From an uncultured Enterobacterales bacterium (GTDB lineage: Bacteria > Myxococcota_A > UBA796 > CAJQPC01), in assembly GCA_964344945.1 (NCBI GenBank), contig CAYFPX010000001.1, positions 46,515-100,693 of the forward strand: 54,179 nucleotides of DNA, written 5' to 3'. The position numbers were made by a program, and so were the translations under genes. The first letter of the stretch is position 1, and each line of letters opens with the position of its first letter. Shown here piece after piece: positions 32,453 through 41,379 of this stretch. The notes beneath the pieces were generated by a model. The model was not told the DNA's origin. It searched no databases and saw only the letters and a list, made by a program, of their open reading frames with translations.

Positions 32453-34543
32453 TCAACCGACCCCGGGGACACCGCCGCTGGCAGCCACCGCGAGCGCGGC
32501 AGCGAGCCCGTTGTTGAGGACGTGCAGCAGGATCGGGGGCCACAAGGACCCCGTTCGCTCGCGGAGCCATCCCGTCGCCAGGCCCAGCACGACCAGGGGC
32601 GGGACCGAGAGGGGCTCGGCCAGGTGCATGGCGCCGAAGAGCAGGGCGGTCACCACCACGCCGACCCGCACCCCACGCCGATCGACCACCACCCGCTGCA
32701 GCAGGCCCCGAAAGAGCAGCTCCTCCAGGACCGGCGCGGCGATCACGGCGAGCCCGAGCGCGAGTCCCAGGGAGAGCCCGCCCCCTTCGGGACCAAAGGC
32801 CCGGGCGACCTGCTGGTCGAGACCGTCGTGTCCGACGAGCGCGAGCACACCGGCCCAGGCCGCTCCGACCCCGACCACGCCCAGCTCGAGCAGCAGCAAC
32901 GGCCCGATCCACGGGCCCTCCGGCCGGCGAAGGCCCAGGCGGGCCCAGCCGTCGACCCCCCGGAAGGCCAGCCACAGCACGAAGGCCCCAGCGAGGGTCT
33001 CCCCCATCACCGTGGCGCCGAGGCCCAGCAGCACCCCCTCGGGCCCCTCGGCGCGCGTGAGCGCCTCGGCCGCCTGGGGCCAGGCACGGACGAGCAGGGG
33101 CAGGGCCAGCACCGGGCCCACCACGGCCACGGCCAGGGCGACGGACGCCTCGGCGACCCCCCAGCTCTGCCGCGTGCGGCGCACCGCGAGGCCCAGGCCG
33201 AGCACCAGCGGTGTCACCAGCAGCAGCACCAGGGACATCAGCGCCGCGCCACGGACCGCGCTCGGGGCCAGGCGCGTGGTGCGGGCCCAGCTGTCGAGCC
33301 AGGCGCTCGGCTCGCCGGCCAACAGGGCGGCATCCCGGATCCGCTCCTCCAGCGCCGGGTCGAGCCGCCTCCCATGGGCCAGGCGCGTCAGGACTCCCAG
33401 GGCCTCCGCTGGCCGGCCCAGGTCCGTGAGCGCCTGGGCCAGGGCCATCGCGATCCGGGGATCCGACGGCTCGGTGGCGGCCGCCGCCCGCATGTGGGCG
33501 ATGCGGCCCTCGGCATCCCCTCGCCGGGCGTGGACCTCCGCCAGGCCCAGCATGGCTGGCACCCAGCCCGGATCGAGCCCCAGCGCGCCATGGAAGGCAT
33601 CCCGTGCGGTGTCGGTGTCACTGGCCTGGAGCAGACACCAGCCCCGGGCCGCCAGGTGCGGGGCGTGCTCGGCCGCCGGGGGCGCCGCCACCTCGCCGCT
33701 CCGGCACAACAGCTCCGCCGCCACCACCCGGAGCCGCTCCGGCAGGGGGTGGGGGCCCAGGGCGGCTTCCCACGGCTCGCCCCGGTGCCAGTGGAGGCGG
33801 GCCAGGGCCTCTCGCGGCGCGGGGTCCCAGGGGGCCAGGCGGGCGGCCAGCAGGAGCGCCTCCCCGGCGGCCGCCTCCAGCCCTGCGGCCTGGAGGGCGG
33901 CGCCGAACAGCGCGTGGGCCTCCCCCAGCAGCGGTCCGAGCTGTCGTGCCCGGTCCGCCGCCACCAGGGCTTCCTCGACCTTGCCCTCCCTCAGCAGAGC
34001 CCGCGCCACGGACACCCGGGCCCAGGGATCCCGGGAGGCCTCCAGGGTGGCCCGGTCCCCAGCCAGGATGGCCGCGGCCAGGGAGCCGGAGGCAGCCCGG
34101 CCCCGCAGCCCCTCCCGCCGGGCGTAGTAGGCCAGCGCGGGGTCCGCGGGTTCGCTCGCCAGGGCACGGGACAGGGTCGCCGTGGCCTCCGCGGGGGAGC
34201 CCGACAGAGCGGCGAAGGCCTGCCAGCGTGCCCTTCCGACCAGTCCCTCGGGGACCGCGTCCAGGAAGGGGGTGGGGTCGCGCCCCGCGGTGATGGCCGA
34301 GACCAGGGCCGTGTAGGCGACCAGCTCGGCGCGGGCTCCTCGCGAGGCTGCTCTCGGGGCCGCCTCGGAGGCCCGGCCGGCCGCCGCCGCCAGGACCCCC
34401 ATGCGCTCGGCCTCCTCGGCGTCCACGGGGCCCAGGGCGTCTCGGACCTCGGCCCAGGCCTGGGGGAGGTCGTCGGCGTGCAGGGGCAGCGGGCCGGCGC
34501 TGGCGACCGCCAGCCAGCACCACCCCAGGAGGAACGCCACCAC
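32453..34543 (-). CDS. TPR-repeat domain fused to CPBP-family (CAAX/Abi) intramembrane glutamic endopeptidase
   Basis: A signal-like N-terminus is followed by about 400 aa of TPR-like helices. A multi-TM region then carries the CPBP motifs VLEELLFRG, FGAMH and LHVLNN. Confidence 0.85.
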   Translation of the reverse strand: MVAFLLGWCWLAVASAGPLPLHADDLPQAWAEVRDALGPVDAEEAERMGVLAAAAGRASEAAPRAASRGARAELVAYTALVSAITAGRDPTPFLDAVPEGLVGRARWQAFAALSGSPAEATATLSRALASEPADPALAYYARREGLRGRAASGSLAAAILAGDRATLEASRDPWARVSVARALLREGKVEEALVAADRARQLGPLLGEAHALFGAALQAAGLEAAAGEALLLAARLAPWDPAPREALARLHWHRGEPWEAALGPHPLPERLRVVAAELLCRSGEVAAPPAAEHAPHLAARGWCLLQASDTDTARDAFHGALGLDPGWVPAMLGLAEVHARRGDAEGRIAHMRAAAATEPSDPRIAMALAQALTDLGRPAEALGVLTRLAHGRRLDPALEERIRDAALLAGEPSAWLDSWARTTRLAPSAVRGAALMSLVLLLVTPLVLGLGLAVRRTRQSWGVAEASVALAVAVVGPVLALPLLVRAWPQAAEALTRAEGPEGVLLGLGATVMGETLAGAFVLWLAFRGVDGWARLGLRRPEGPWIGPLLLLELGVVGVGAAWAGVLALVGHDGLDQQVARAFGPEGGGLSLGLALGLAVIAAPVLEELLFRGLLQRVVVDRRGVRVGVVVTALLFGAMHLAEPLSVPPLVVLGLATGWLRERTGSLWPPILLHVLNNGLAAALAVAASGGVPGVG

Positions 34544-34554
34544 GGCGTCAGCTT

Positions 34555-34732
34555 AGCCCGCATCGGTCACGAGAATCCTACTGCGGCCGCGGATCCAGGG
34601 CGCTGGCGGCCCGTTCTCGCTCACCTCGCTCGATGTGCACCCGGCACACCTTCACTCGGCTCGCCTGCGAGCGGACCACCAGCACCTCTGGCTCCACGGC
34701 CTCGCTACGGATTCTCGTGACCGATGCGGGCT
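34555..34732. repeat. perfect 24-bp inverted repeat enclosing a 130-nt spacer
   Basis: The left arm agcccgcatcggtcacgagaatcc (34555-34578) is the exact reverse complement of the right arm ggattctcgtgaccgatgcgggct (34709-34732). The repeat lies between the GGDEF gene stop (34742) and the CPBP gene start (34543). Confidence 0.85.
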
Positions 34733-34741
34733 GGCGGGGGC

Positions 34742-35635
34742 TCAGCTCGCCGCGCTGGCCGTGTGGGGACCGTCGGGGCCCACCACCTGGTTCCGGCCGC
34801 CGTGCTTGGCGTCGTACAGCCTGTTGTCGGCCTCGGCCACCAGGGTCATCAGGTCGTCGTCGAGGTCGGCCACGCGAGCGGCCGCCACACCGAAGGAGGC
34901 GGTGATCGCGAACGGGCCGTGGTCGCTCTCGAACGGGAGCTGGCGGAGCGCGGCGCACATCTGCTCGGCGATGGCCAGAGCGGGCTCGATGGGGCAGCCC
35001 GGGAGCAGGACCAGGAATTCCTCCCCACCCCAGCGTCCGACGGCATCGCCCCGGCGCCGATCCCGCTGCAGGGCCTTGCCCACCTTGGCGATGACCGCAT
35101 CGCCGACCAGGTGGCCGTGGCGATCGTTGACCTGCTTGAAGTGGTCGATGTCGCACATGATCACCGCCACCGGGACGTCTTCGTCCAGGGAGAGCTGGGC
35201 GGCCTCCCGCAGGCGCCCCTCGATGGCCCGACGGTTCAGCGCCGAGCTCAGGGGGTCCGTGGCCGCTGCCGTGGCCAGGCGGCGGCTCTGGCGCTGGAGC
35301 TCGTCGTGGCGCTTGCGCACCGGCCCGTGGAGCTCGGTCTCGGCTCGGCGAAGGCGCTCGCCGAGCCGCCGGATGCGCTGGGCGAGCTCGCCCTTCTTGC
35401 GCCGCCCGTCGGCCTCGACGGCGATCAGGGCGCTCAGGGCCAGGGCCAGGGCGTCGAGGGCCTCGGGCGGGCCGTCCCCGATCAGGGTCGCGACACGACG
35501 GGGGCCTGCCCGCAGGGGGCGACCCTCCTCATCGGCCGTGCCGAGACGCACCGGCCCGTGGCTCTCTCGGTGGTGGTCGAGCAGGGACTGGGCCCACGGG
35601 GTCCGCAGGACCGGGGGGATGGCGCGCGCTGCCAT
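34742..35635 (-). CDS. diguanylate cyclase (GGDEF domain) with N-terminal coiled-coil/unknown sensor region
   Basis: DPLSSALNRRAIEGRL...VIMCDIDHFKQVNDRHGHLVGD...RWGGEEFLVLLPG...ASFGVA...DNRLYDAKHGGRNQV is present, giving a GGEEF active site. Confidence 0.9.
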   Translation of the reverse strand: MAARAIPPVLRTPWAQSLLDHHRESHGPVRLGTADEEGRPLRAGPRRVATLIGDGPPEALDALALALSALIAVEADGRRKKGELAQRIRRLGERLRRAETELHGPVRKRHDELQRQSRRLATAAATDPLSSALNRRAIEGRLREAAQLSLDEDVPVAVIMCDIDHFKQVNDRHGHLVGDAVIAKVGKALQRDRRRGDAVGRWGGEEFLVLLPGCPIEPALAIAEQMCAALRQLPFESDHGPFAITASFGVAAARVADLDDDLMTLVAEADNRLYDAKHGGRNQVVGPDGPHTASAAS

Positions 35636-35704
35636 GACGCTGACATCGGACAGGGGTGCCAGCGAATGAAGCCTGAGTGCCCCGGGAGGCGAGACGAGCG
35701 CCCG

Positions 35705-36862
35705 TCAGGCGCGGTTCAGCTGCCGGGTCACCCGGCGGAGCATGCCGCCCAGGGTCTTGCGGGTCGACAGCAGCACGCCGTCCACCAGGGTGGGCGCCCG
35801 GTCCCCGGGGAGCCAGCGGATGAAGACCTGGGGCGGCGCCTGGTCCTGCAGGCGCCCCTCGCCGAGGAAGCGGAGCTGGATGCGGCGGTCCAGGTGGGCC
35901 TCCAGGTGCCGCAGGAGGCTCGGGTGCCCGCCCTGCAGGGCCACGCGGGTCCAGCCATTGAGGAGCAGGGCGTCGGCGAAGTCCTGGAGGGCCCCGGTCA
36001 GGCCGTCGCCACCGCAGATCTCGCAGCGCTCCTCGGCGACCTGGACGACCGGCTCTCCCGCGGGCGGCGGGCAGTCATCGCGCCCACAGTGGAGCAGCAG
36101 GTGATCCCGGAGCAGTGTCTCGAAGCGGTCCTTCCGAGGCACCGCGAGCTCGGACACGACGGCCTGGAAGCGGCGCCCTCGGAGCAGGGCGGCCACCGCC
36201 CGACGGGCCTCGTCGGGCCCCTGGACCCCCCGCTCGGCCAGCAGCGAGAGCAGCGCGGCGTCGCCCCCCGCCGGGGCCTCGAGCGACGCCTCCAGCTCCG
36301 AGATGCGCGCCTGGAGCTCGGCCATCTCCCCAGCCTTGCGCCCGAGCGCGACCCGGAGCTCGGTGGCCTCGGCCTGGGCCCCCCGACGGGCCTTCACCTC
36401 GCGGTTCAGGTCCCGGGTGACGCGCTGCAGGGACGCCTGGACGCTGGCCAGGGCCTCGGCGAGATCCTCGCTGCGGTCCGGCGGGGACCCGGACGGGGGG
36501 ACGATCGGCTGGGTGGCGACCCCGGAGCTCGGCGGGGCCACGGGCCTGTGCTGGGACCTCGGCGGCTTCTCTGGCTTCGGGGGGATGGGTGGCGGGGGCT
36601 TCTGCCGGCCCGACGGTGTGCGGTGGTCCTCCTGGAGCGGCCGCACCCCCAGGGACTGCATCATCGTGTCGAAGTCCGGCTCGGCCGGCGGCCTCGTCAG
36701 GGCCTCTCGGACCTGGGCCAGGCGCTCTCCGGGCAGCATGGCCTCGGGGTGGGCGTAGCGCTCCAGCCCGAGCCTGCGCAGCGTGTCGATGAGCTTCGGC
36801 AGGGGCTGGCCGAGCTGCCGGGCCAGCTTCTTCACCCGGATGTTGGTGACGCCTCCGCCCAT
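35705..36862 (-). CDS. hypothetical protein: IF2-N-like helix, Pro-rich linker, coiled coil, C-terminal Cys-containing domain
   Basis: IRVKKLARQLGQPLPKLIDTLRRLGL resembles the IF-2 N-terminal motif. The linker PPPPIPPKPEKPP, a coiled coil (ELRVALGRKAGEMAELQARISELEASL) and a CEICGG-containing C-terminal domain follow. Confidence 0.7.
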   Translation of the reverse strand: MGGGVTNIRVKKLARQLGQPLPKLIDTLRRLGLERYAHPEAMLPGERLAQVREALTRPPAEPDFDTMMQSLGVRPLQEDHRTPSGRQKPPPPIPPKPEKPPRSQHRPVAPPSSGVATQPIVPPSGSPPDRSEDLAEALASVQASLQRVTRDLNREVKARRGAQAEATELRVALGRKAGEMAELQARISELEASLEAPAGGDAALLSLLAERGVQGPDEARRAVAALLRGRRFQAVVSELAVPRKDRFETLLRDHLLLHCGRDDCPPPAGEPVVQVAEERCEICGGDGLTGALQDFADALLLNGWTRVALQGGHPSLLRHLEAHLDRRIQLRFLGEGRLQDQAPPQVFIRWLPGDRAPTLVDGVLLSTRKTLGGMLRRVTRQLNRA

Positions 36863-36887
36863 GTCCCCGACCTAACCCGCAACCCAC

Positions 36888-39032
36888 TCAGGGGGCCGTG
36901 GACGCCTCGAGCACCGCCCTCAGGCCCTCCTCGAGCTGACCGGCGCGCGGCATGGCCTCCTGGGCGAGCGCCGCGGCGAGGGGGAGGTCACCGGCGTTGT
37001 AGGCGTCGACCGCCACCGAGTAGAGCGCGTACACCCCGTCGATCGCCGTGGGATCCAGGGTGAAGGCCAGCCTGGCCTGGCGCACACGCTCGGCCAGAGC
37101 CAGGGGGTGTTCGGCCAGGGCCGCGTGGCAGCGAGCGGCCAGCTCTGGGAAGCCGGCCTGGGTGGCCAGGGCCGCGGCGTCAACCAGGCGCTCGGCGGCA
37201 TCGGCCATGTCCAGCGCGTCGGCGGCCAGCGCCGTGGCGGACACCACGCGGGCGGAGAGCTCCGGGTCTCCCAGGGCCTCCGCCTCGGCCTGGATCGCGC
37301 TGTAGAGGGGCCAGGCCGCCAGTGGCGACATCGGCACGGCCTGGTTGTAGACGGACCAGAGCCGCGCGCGCTGGGCACGCCGGGCATAGTCGGTCTCGCC
37401 CAGGGCCTCGAAGGCGCCCACCGCCCGGGTGAAGGCACCCTGGGCCTCTGCGAAGCGGGCCTGATCGTAGTCCACCATGCCCTGGTCGTAGGCGGCCATC
37501 GCCTCCCGGAGCTGTTGGTGGTGGGCAACCGCCCCCTCGAGGCCCAGGGCCGCGGCCCGGGCGGCCGCCTCCTCGGAGGCACCGAGGACCACCAGTGCCG
37601 AGGCGGCGTTGGCCTCGGCCACCCGGGCCACCGCTTCGCTGCCCGCCACCTCGGCGCTGCGAGCGGCCTCGGCCGCCGCGGCAAAGGCCTCCAGGGCCGA
37701 GCCCAGCTCCTCGACACGGACCAGGGCCAGGCCACGCGCCAGGGCCACGTGTGCGTCTCCGAGGGGATCCCCCGCCCTGCGGAAGTCCCGAGCCGCCCGG
37801 CGAGCCCAGCGATCGGCGCCCGCAGGATCGCTGGCGGCGGTGGCCCCCACCAGGGCCGTGGCCAGGCGGGCGGCGTCGGCGTGGTGGCCTCGCCCCTCGT
37901 GCCAGCGCAGGGCCTCCTGGAGCCAGCGGCTCGCCTCGGCGGTGTCTCCTCTGGCGACGGCCACGGAGCCCCTCAGCTCCGCCAGACGGGCCTCGCCCTC
38001 CGGGTACTGCATCTCCGTGAGCAGGCCGGCGACCCGCTGGGCCTCGGCCTCCGCGGTGGCGGTCTCGGCGAGGCGCAGCGCCACCAGGCCCAGGTTGCAC
38101 CGTGCGTCGACCTCGAGCACCCGGTAGCCCCCGGCGCCTGCGGTCGCCGCGGCCTCGTGCAGCTGCTCCAGCGCCAGGCTGTGGCGTCCGGCCAGGCTGT
38201 GGGCCACGGCCGTCGACGCCAGGGCCTGGGCGGTCTCCCGGGCCAGCCCACCCCGACGGGCGACGTCGACCGCCTGGGTGCTGGCGTCCAGGGCCTGGGC
38301 CAGCTGTCCGGCGGCCCGGCGGACCGCCGCGGTCGCCAGGAGCCGCTCCACCTCCTGGCGGGGCCAGAGGGTGGCCGGTGCGTCCGCCAGGACAGCGGCC
38401 GCGCGGGCCTGGTCCCCCTGACGCAAGGCGTCGCCGACCTCGGTGAGCAGGTTGGCCTGGCCCTCTCGCTCCCCCTCTCCCCGCAGGAGCGCGGCCACCG
38501 CCAGGCTCTCGTCCGCGGCCGCCAGCAGGGCCTCGCGCTCCCCGGCCGGCAGGCCCTGCGCGGTCGCCCGGGCCCGCCGGATCGCCCCCTCGGCCCGATC
38601 GACGCGACCCTGGTCCAGCCAGGCGAGCCCCAGGTTGAGGTCCACGTGGGCCTCGACCCGGGGCGGCAGAGCTGCCTTGCGCAGGGCCTGGAGTGCCAGC
38701 ACGCCCTCGTCCTGGTCTCCCCGGTCCAACGCCACCAGCGCGGCGAGGTTCAGCGCTTCGGGGCTCTCCAGCCCGCTCAGCACCTGGTCGGCCTGGCGCA
38801 GCCGCCCGGCTTCGTAGAGGGCCAGGCCCTGCCAGAACCTCGCGGTGTCCCCGGCCCCCGCTCGGGCCAGGCTGTCGAAGAGGGCAGCGGCCTCGTCGAA
38901 GCGTCCTCCGCCCAGGGCCTCGAAGGCGTCTCCGACCAGGCTCTCCGCCGACGCTTCGACCGAGACCGCGCCCGGCGCGGGCGTGACCACGGAGCCGGCG
39001 TTGGCGAAGGCCAGCCACAGGGCGAGGATCAC
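36888..39032 (-). CDS. secreted TPR-repeat protein
   Basis: GTG at 39032 overlaps the Pcp-like stop (GTGA). A signal peptide (MILALWLAFANAGSVV) is followed by about 700 aa of Ala/Leu/Arg-rich TPR-like helices. Confidence 0.75.
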   Translation of the reverse strand: MILALWLAFANAGSVVTPAPGAVSVEASAESLVGDAFEALGGGRFDEAAALFDSLARAGAGDTARFWQGLALYEAGRLRQADQVLSGLESPEALNLAALVALDRGDQDEGVLALQALRKAALPPRVEAHVDLNLGLAWLDQGRVDRAEGAIRRARATAQGLPAGEREALLAAADESLAVAALLRGEGEREGQANLLTEVGDALRQGDQARAAAVLADAPATLWPRQEVERLLATAAVRRAAGQLAQALDASTQAVDVARRGGLARETAQALASTAVAHSLAGRHSLALEQLHEAAATAGAGGYRVLEVDARCNLGLVALRLAETATAEAEAQRVAGLLTEMQYPEGEARLAELRGSVAVARGDTAEASRWLQEALRWHEGRGHHADAARLATALVGATAASDPAGADRWARRAARDFRRAGDPLGDAHVALARGLALVRVEELGSALEAFAAAAEAARSAEVAGSEAVARVAEANAASALVVLGASEEAAARAAALGLEGAVAHHQQLREAMAAYDQGMVDYDQARFAEAQGAFTRAVGAFEALGETDYARRAQRARLWSVYNQAVPMSPLAAWPLYSAIQAEAEALGDPELSARVVSATALAADALDMADAAERLVDAAALATQAGFPELAARCHAALAEHPLALAERVRQARLAFTLDPTAIDGVYALYSVAVDAYNAGDLPLAAALAQEAMPRAGQLEEGLRAVLEASTAP

Positions 39033-39556
39033 GGCGTCTCCGCGAGGTACCGGTCGAGGCCAGCGAGCAGGCGCTCGGCCTCCAGGCCCTCGGGCGGCAC
39101 ATGCACGAAGCCCACCGGGGGCGCCCGGCGGCCCGCCCGGAGCATCCGGTAGAGCCAGGCGTTGCACACGTAGTCCCCGGCGTCGTCCGAGAGCTCGGCG
39201 TCGAGGGCCCCGGCGAGGCGTTCGCAGTCCACGGTGGCCGACGACACCCGGGGTCCCCGGGGCAGTGCCAGCCGCTCGCCGTCGACATCCAGGCGATCCC
39301 CCAGGCGCCGCCGGGCCACCCGCTCGACCTGGACCGTGCTGCGCCGCTCCGCCACCCCGAAGCCGAGCACCAGCACCGGCCGGTGGGCCCGGACCAGGGC
39401 GAGCACCTCGGCGTGGGCCCGCCGGTGGGACACCGGCATCGGGTGAGCCAGGATCGTCAGGCCCCGCACCCGGGTGCCGTCGACCGCCTCGACAGTGCGC
39501 TGGGCCGGGTTGTCCAGGACCTCGCCGAAGGGCCCGAAGCCGGCCAGCAGGATCAG
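39029..39556 (-). CDS. pyroglutamyl-peptidase I-like (peptidase C15) protein, apparent CTG start
   Basis: The frame reads LILLAGFGPFGEVLDNPAQ...VERVA...SDDAGDYVCNAWLY...GFVHVP, giving the Glu/Cys/His triad pattern. The conserved N-terminus lies upstream of the first GTG (39469). The only start-like codon is CTG 39556-39554, which overlaps the upstream TGA (CTGA). Confidence 0.7.
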   Translation of the reverse strand: MILLAGFGPFGEVLDNPAQRTVEAVDGTRVRGLTILAHPMPVSHRRAHAEVLALVRAHRPVLVLGFGVAERRSTVQVERVARRRLGDRLDVDGERLALPRGPRVSSATVDCERLAGALDAELSDDAGDYVCNAWLYRMLRAGRRAPPVGFVHVPPEGLEAERLLAGLDRYLAETP

Positions 39557-40452
39557 AGCGTGTCCGCGACCCGCGCGAGCAGCTCGCGGGCGTGCACGAT
39601 CGGGTAGGTCCGCAGGGTCACGACCACGCCGGAGCGGTCCGCCCGGACCTCTTCGAGCAGGTTGCCGCCCACCACTTCGGTGACCTTGCCCAGCAGATGC
39701 CCCGGCGCGACCCGATCGCCCACCTGGACCTCGGGGACCCAGAACCCGCCCAGGCTGCCGTAGTGGTAGGACACGCCCGAGCGGGTGGTGTCCACCAGGC
39801 AGCTGCCGGGATCCGGCGGCAGGCTCAGGATGCCCAGGTGGTGCAGCAGGCGCAGCACGCCGTCGGCGATCTGGCCGGCGTGGTCGACGTCGAGGGTGCC
39901 GCCGCGACCACCCAGCAGGTGGAGCGCGGCCCGCCCGGCGTTGCGCCAGGCGCCCACCAGGCCCGTGGCTTCGAGGCGATCACCGGCCCGGCGCCACACC
40001 ACCGGGAGCTCCATGGCCCGGGCGAGCTCGACCTCGCGCCCGCTCAGCGGGACCCGCACCTGGGGGAGCTCGCACATCTGGGGGGAGGCCGAGTGTACGT
40101 CGAGGCAGACATCGGCCGCCGTGTGCTCCAGGAGCGCGTGGGCGATGCGCTGGACGGCCGAGCCGGTCGGGTCCCCCGGGAAGGCGTGGTTGATGTCCCG
40201 GTCGTCGAAGGGCCACCGCTTGGTGCCCTGGTCCATGCCGAAGCTGTTCACGACCGGGAACAGGTTCACGGTGCCCTTGAGCCGGGACATGCTCAGGGGA
40301 CCGACGAGCAGGTTGACCGCGTGCACGCCGTTGAGCTCGGTGCCGTGCAGCCCCGCCACGACCGTGACCGAGGGGGAGCCGGAGCCGTAGGTCAGCCGCT
40401 GCAGGCGGAAGTCCTCGCGGTAGGGGGCGCCGAGCCGGAAGACCTCAACCAT
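39553..40452 (-). CDS. succinylglutamate desuccinylase/aspartoacylase (M14 AstE/AspA) family zinc hydrolase
   Basis: VVAGLHGTELNG (HxxE metal site), NHAFPG and CLDVHSAS (third ligand) are present. ATG at 40452 overlaps the upstream paralog's stop by 8 nt. Confidence 0.8.
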   Translation of the reverse strand: MVEVFRLGAPYREDFRLQRLTYGSGSPSVTVVAGLHGTELNGVHAVNLLVGPLSMSRLKGTVNLFPVVNSFGMDQGTKRWPFDDRDINHAFPGDPTGSAVQRIAHALLEHTAADVCLDVHSASPQMCELPQVRVPLSGREVELARAMELPVVWRRAGDRLEATGLVGAWRNAGRAALHLLGGRGGTLDVDHAGQIADGVLRLLHHLGILSLPPDPGSCLVDTTRSGVSYHYGSLGGFWVPEVQVGDRVAPGHLLGKVTEVVGGNLLEEVRADRSGVVVTLRTYPIVHARELLARVADTL

Positions 40453-41348
40453 CGCCGACCTCGACCACCCGGGCCACCATGGAGCCAGGCAGCACCACCG
40501 GCTGCTCTCGCAGCGCCAGGATCCGCCCGGCCTGGGGCGAGGCGATGGTCGCCAGCTCCTGGCCGCTGATGGGATCGATGACCTCCCCCAAGGCCTCGCG
40601 GCAGGAAGAGCCCCCCCATGTCGGCGCGGATCCGGTGGACCAGCTCGTCGCCCACCACCTCCGGGCGACTCATGCCCGCCCAGTGGAAGGTCAGGGATGC
40701 GTCGGGCAGGACCCCGACGACGTTGAGCAGGTTGAGCACGCCGTTGGACAAGGTGGTGGCGACCTCGGGGGTCAGGCGGTTGCCGGTGCCACCCTCCAGC
40801 ACGATGGTGTTGGGGAATTGCCAGGCGAAGGTCGATGGGGCGGCCGGCCCGGGGGTCCGGGACCACACCACGTGCACGTTGGCGCTGCGCGCCAGGCGGG
40901 CCGCCTCGGCGTCGCCTGCGCGGACCTGGGCCTGGGGAGCCTCGGCGAAGGCCGCGTGGGCGCCCCGCACCTCGAGGACCTGGGAGGCCCCCTGCACGTC
41001 GTCCACCAGGGTGCGGGCCACCAGGTCCGGCGCGTGGGCGTTGGCCCGGCCCGGGAAGCGCCGGTTCAGGTCCTGATCGAAGAAGGGCCAGTTGCGCAGG
41101 CCTCGGTGGGCCGCGAGGGGGTTGACACACGGGTAGATGTCCACGGTGCCCTGCAGGCTCTCGTGGCAGTCGGCCAGGACCCGCGCGACGTTGTGGGCGA
41201 CCCGGATGCCCTCGGGGGCGTCTCCGCGGATCCCGGCGACCAGCACCACCCGTGGCCCCTCTGAGCCCTGGAAGCGGCGCCGCACGATGTCGACCCGGTC
41301 GCCGGTTGGCATGCCGGCGGAACAGATCACGGAGGTCTGGGCGGTCAC
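40445..41348 (-). pseudogene. AstE/AspA-family paralog lacking metal ligands; frameshifted near the 3' end as sequenced
   Basis: It aligns by eye to the downstream paralog, but VAGLHGTELNG is VAGIRGDAPEG and LDVHSAS is LEVRGAH. The frame breaks at the C5 run 40585-40589. The corrected tail is ...GLGEVIDPISGQELATIASPQAGRILALREQPVVLPGSMVARVVEVGDG, with a stop at 40445. Length is 3n+1. Confidence 0.7.
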
Positions 41349-41379
41349 CCGAGGATCCTATCCCGTGCGAGGGGTCCGA

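Noticed and set aside
34583-34596. Overlapping NotI (GCGGCCGC), SacII (CCGCGG) and BamHI (GGATCC) sites inside the inverted-repeat element. They resemble a cloning polylinker and raised the question of vector contamination.
   Set aside because: All three sites are G+C-rich and expected by chance at this base composition. I saw roughly twenty GGATCC sites across the window, about what the composition predicts. The flanking sequence matches no vector polylinker that I know.
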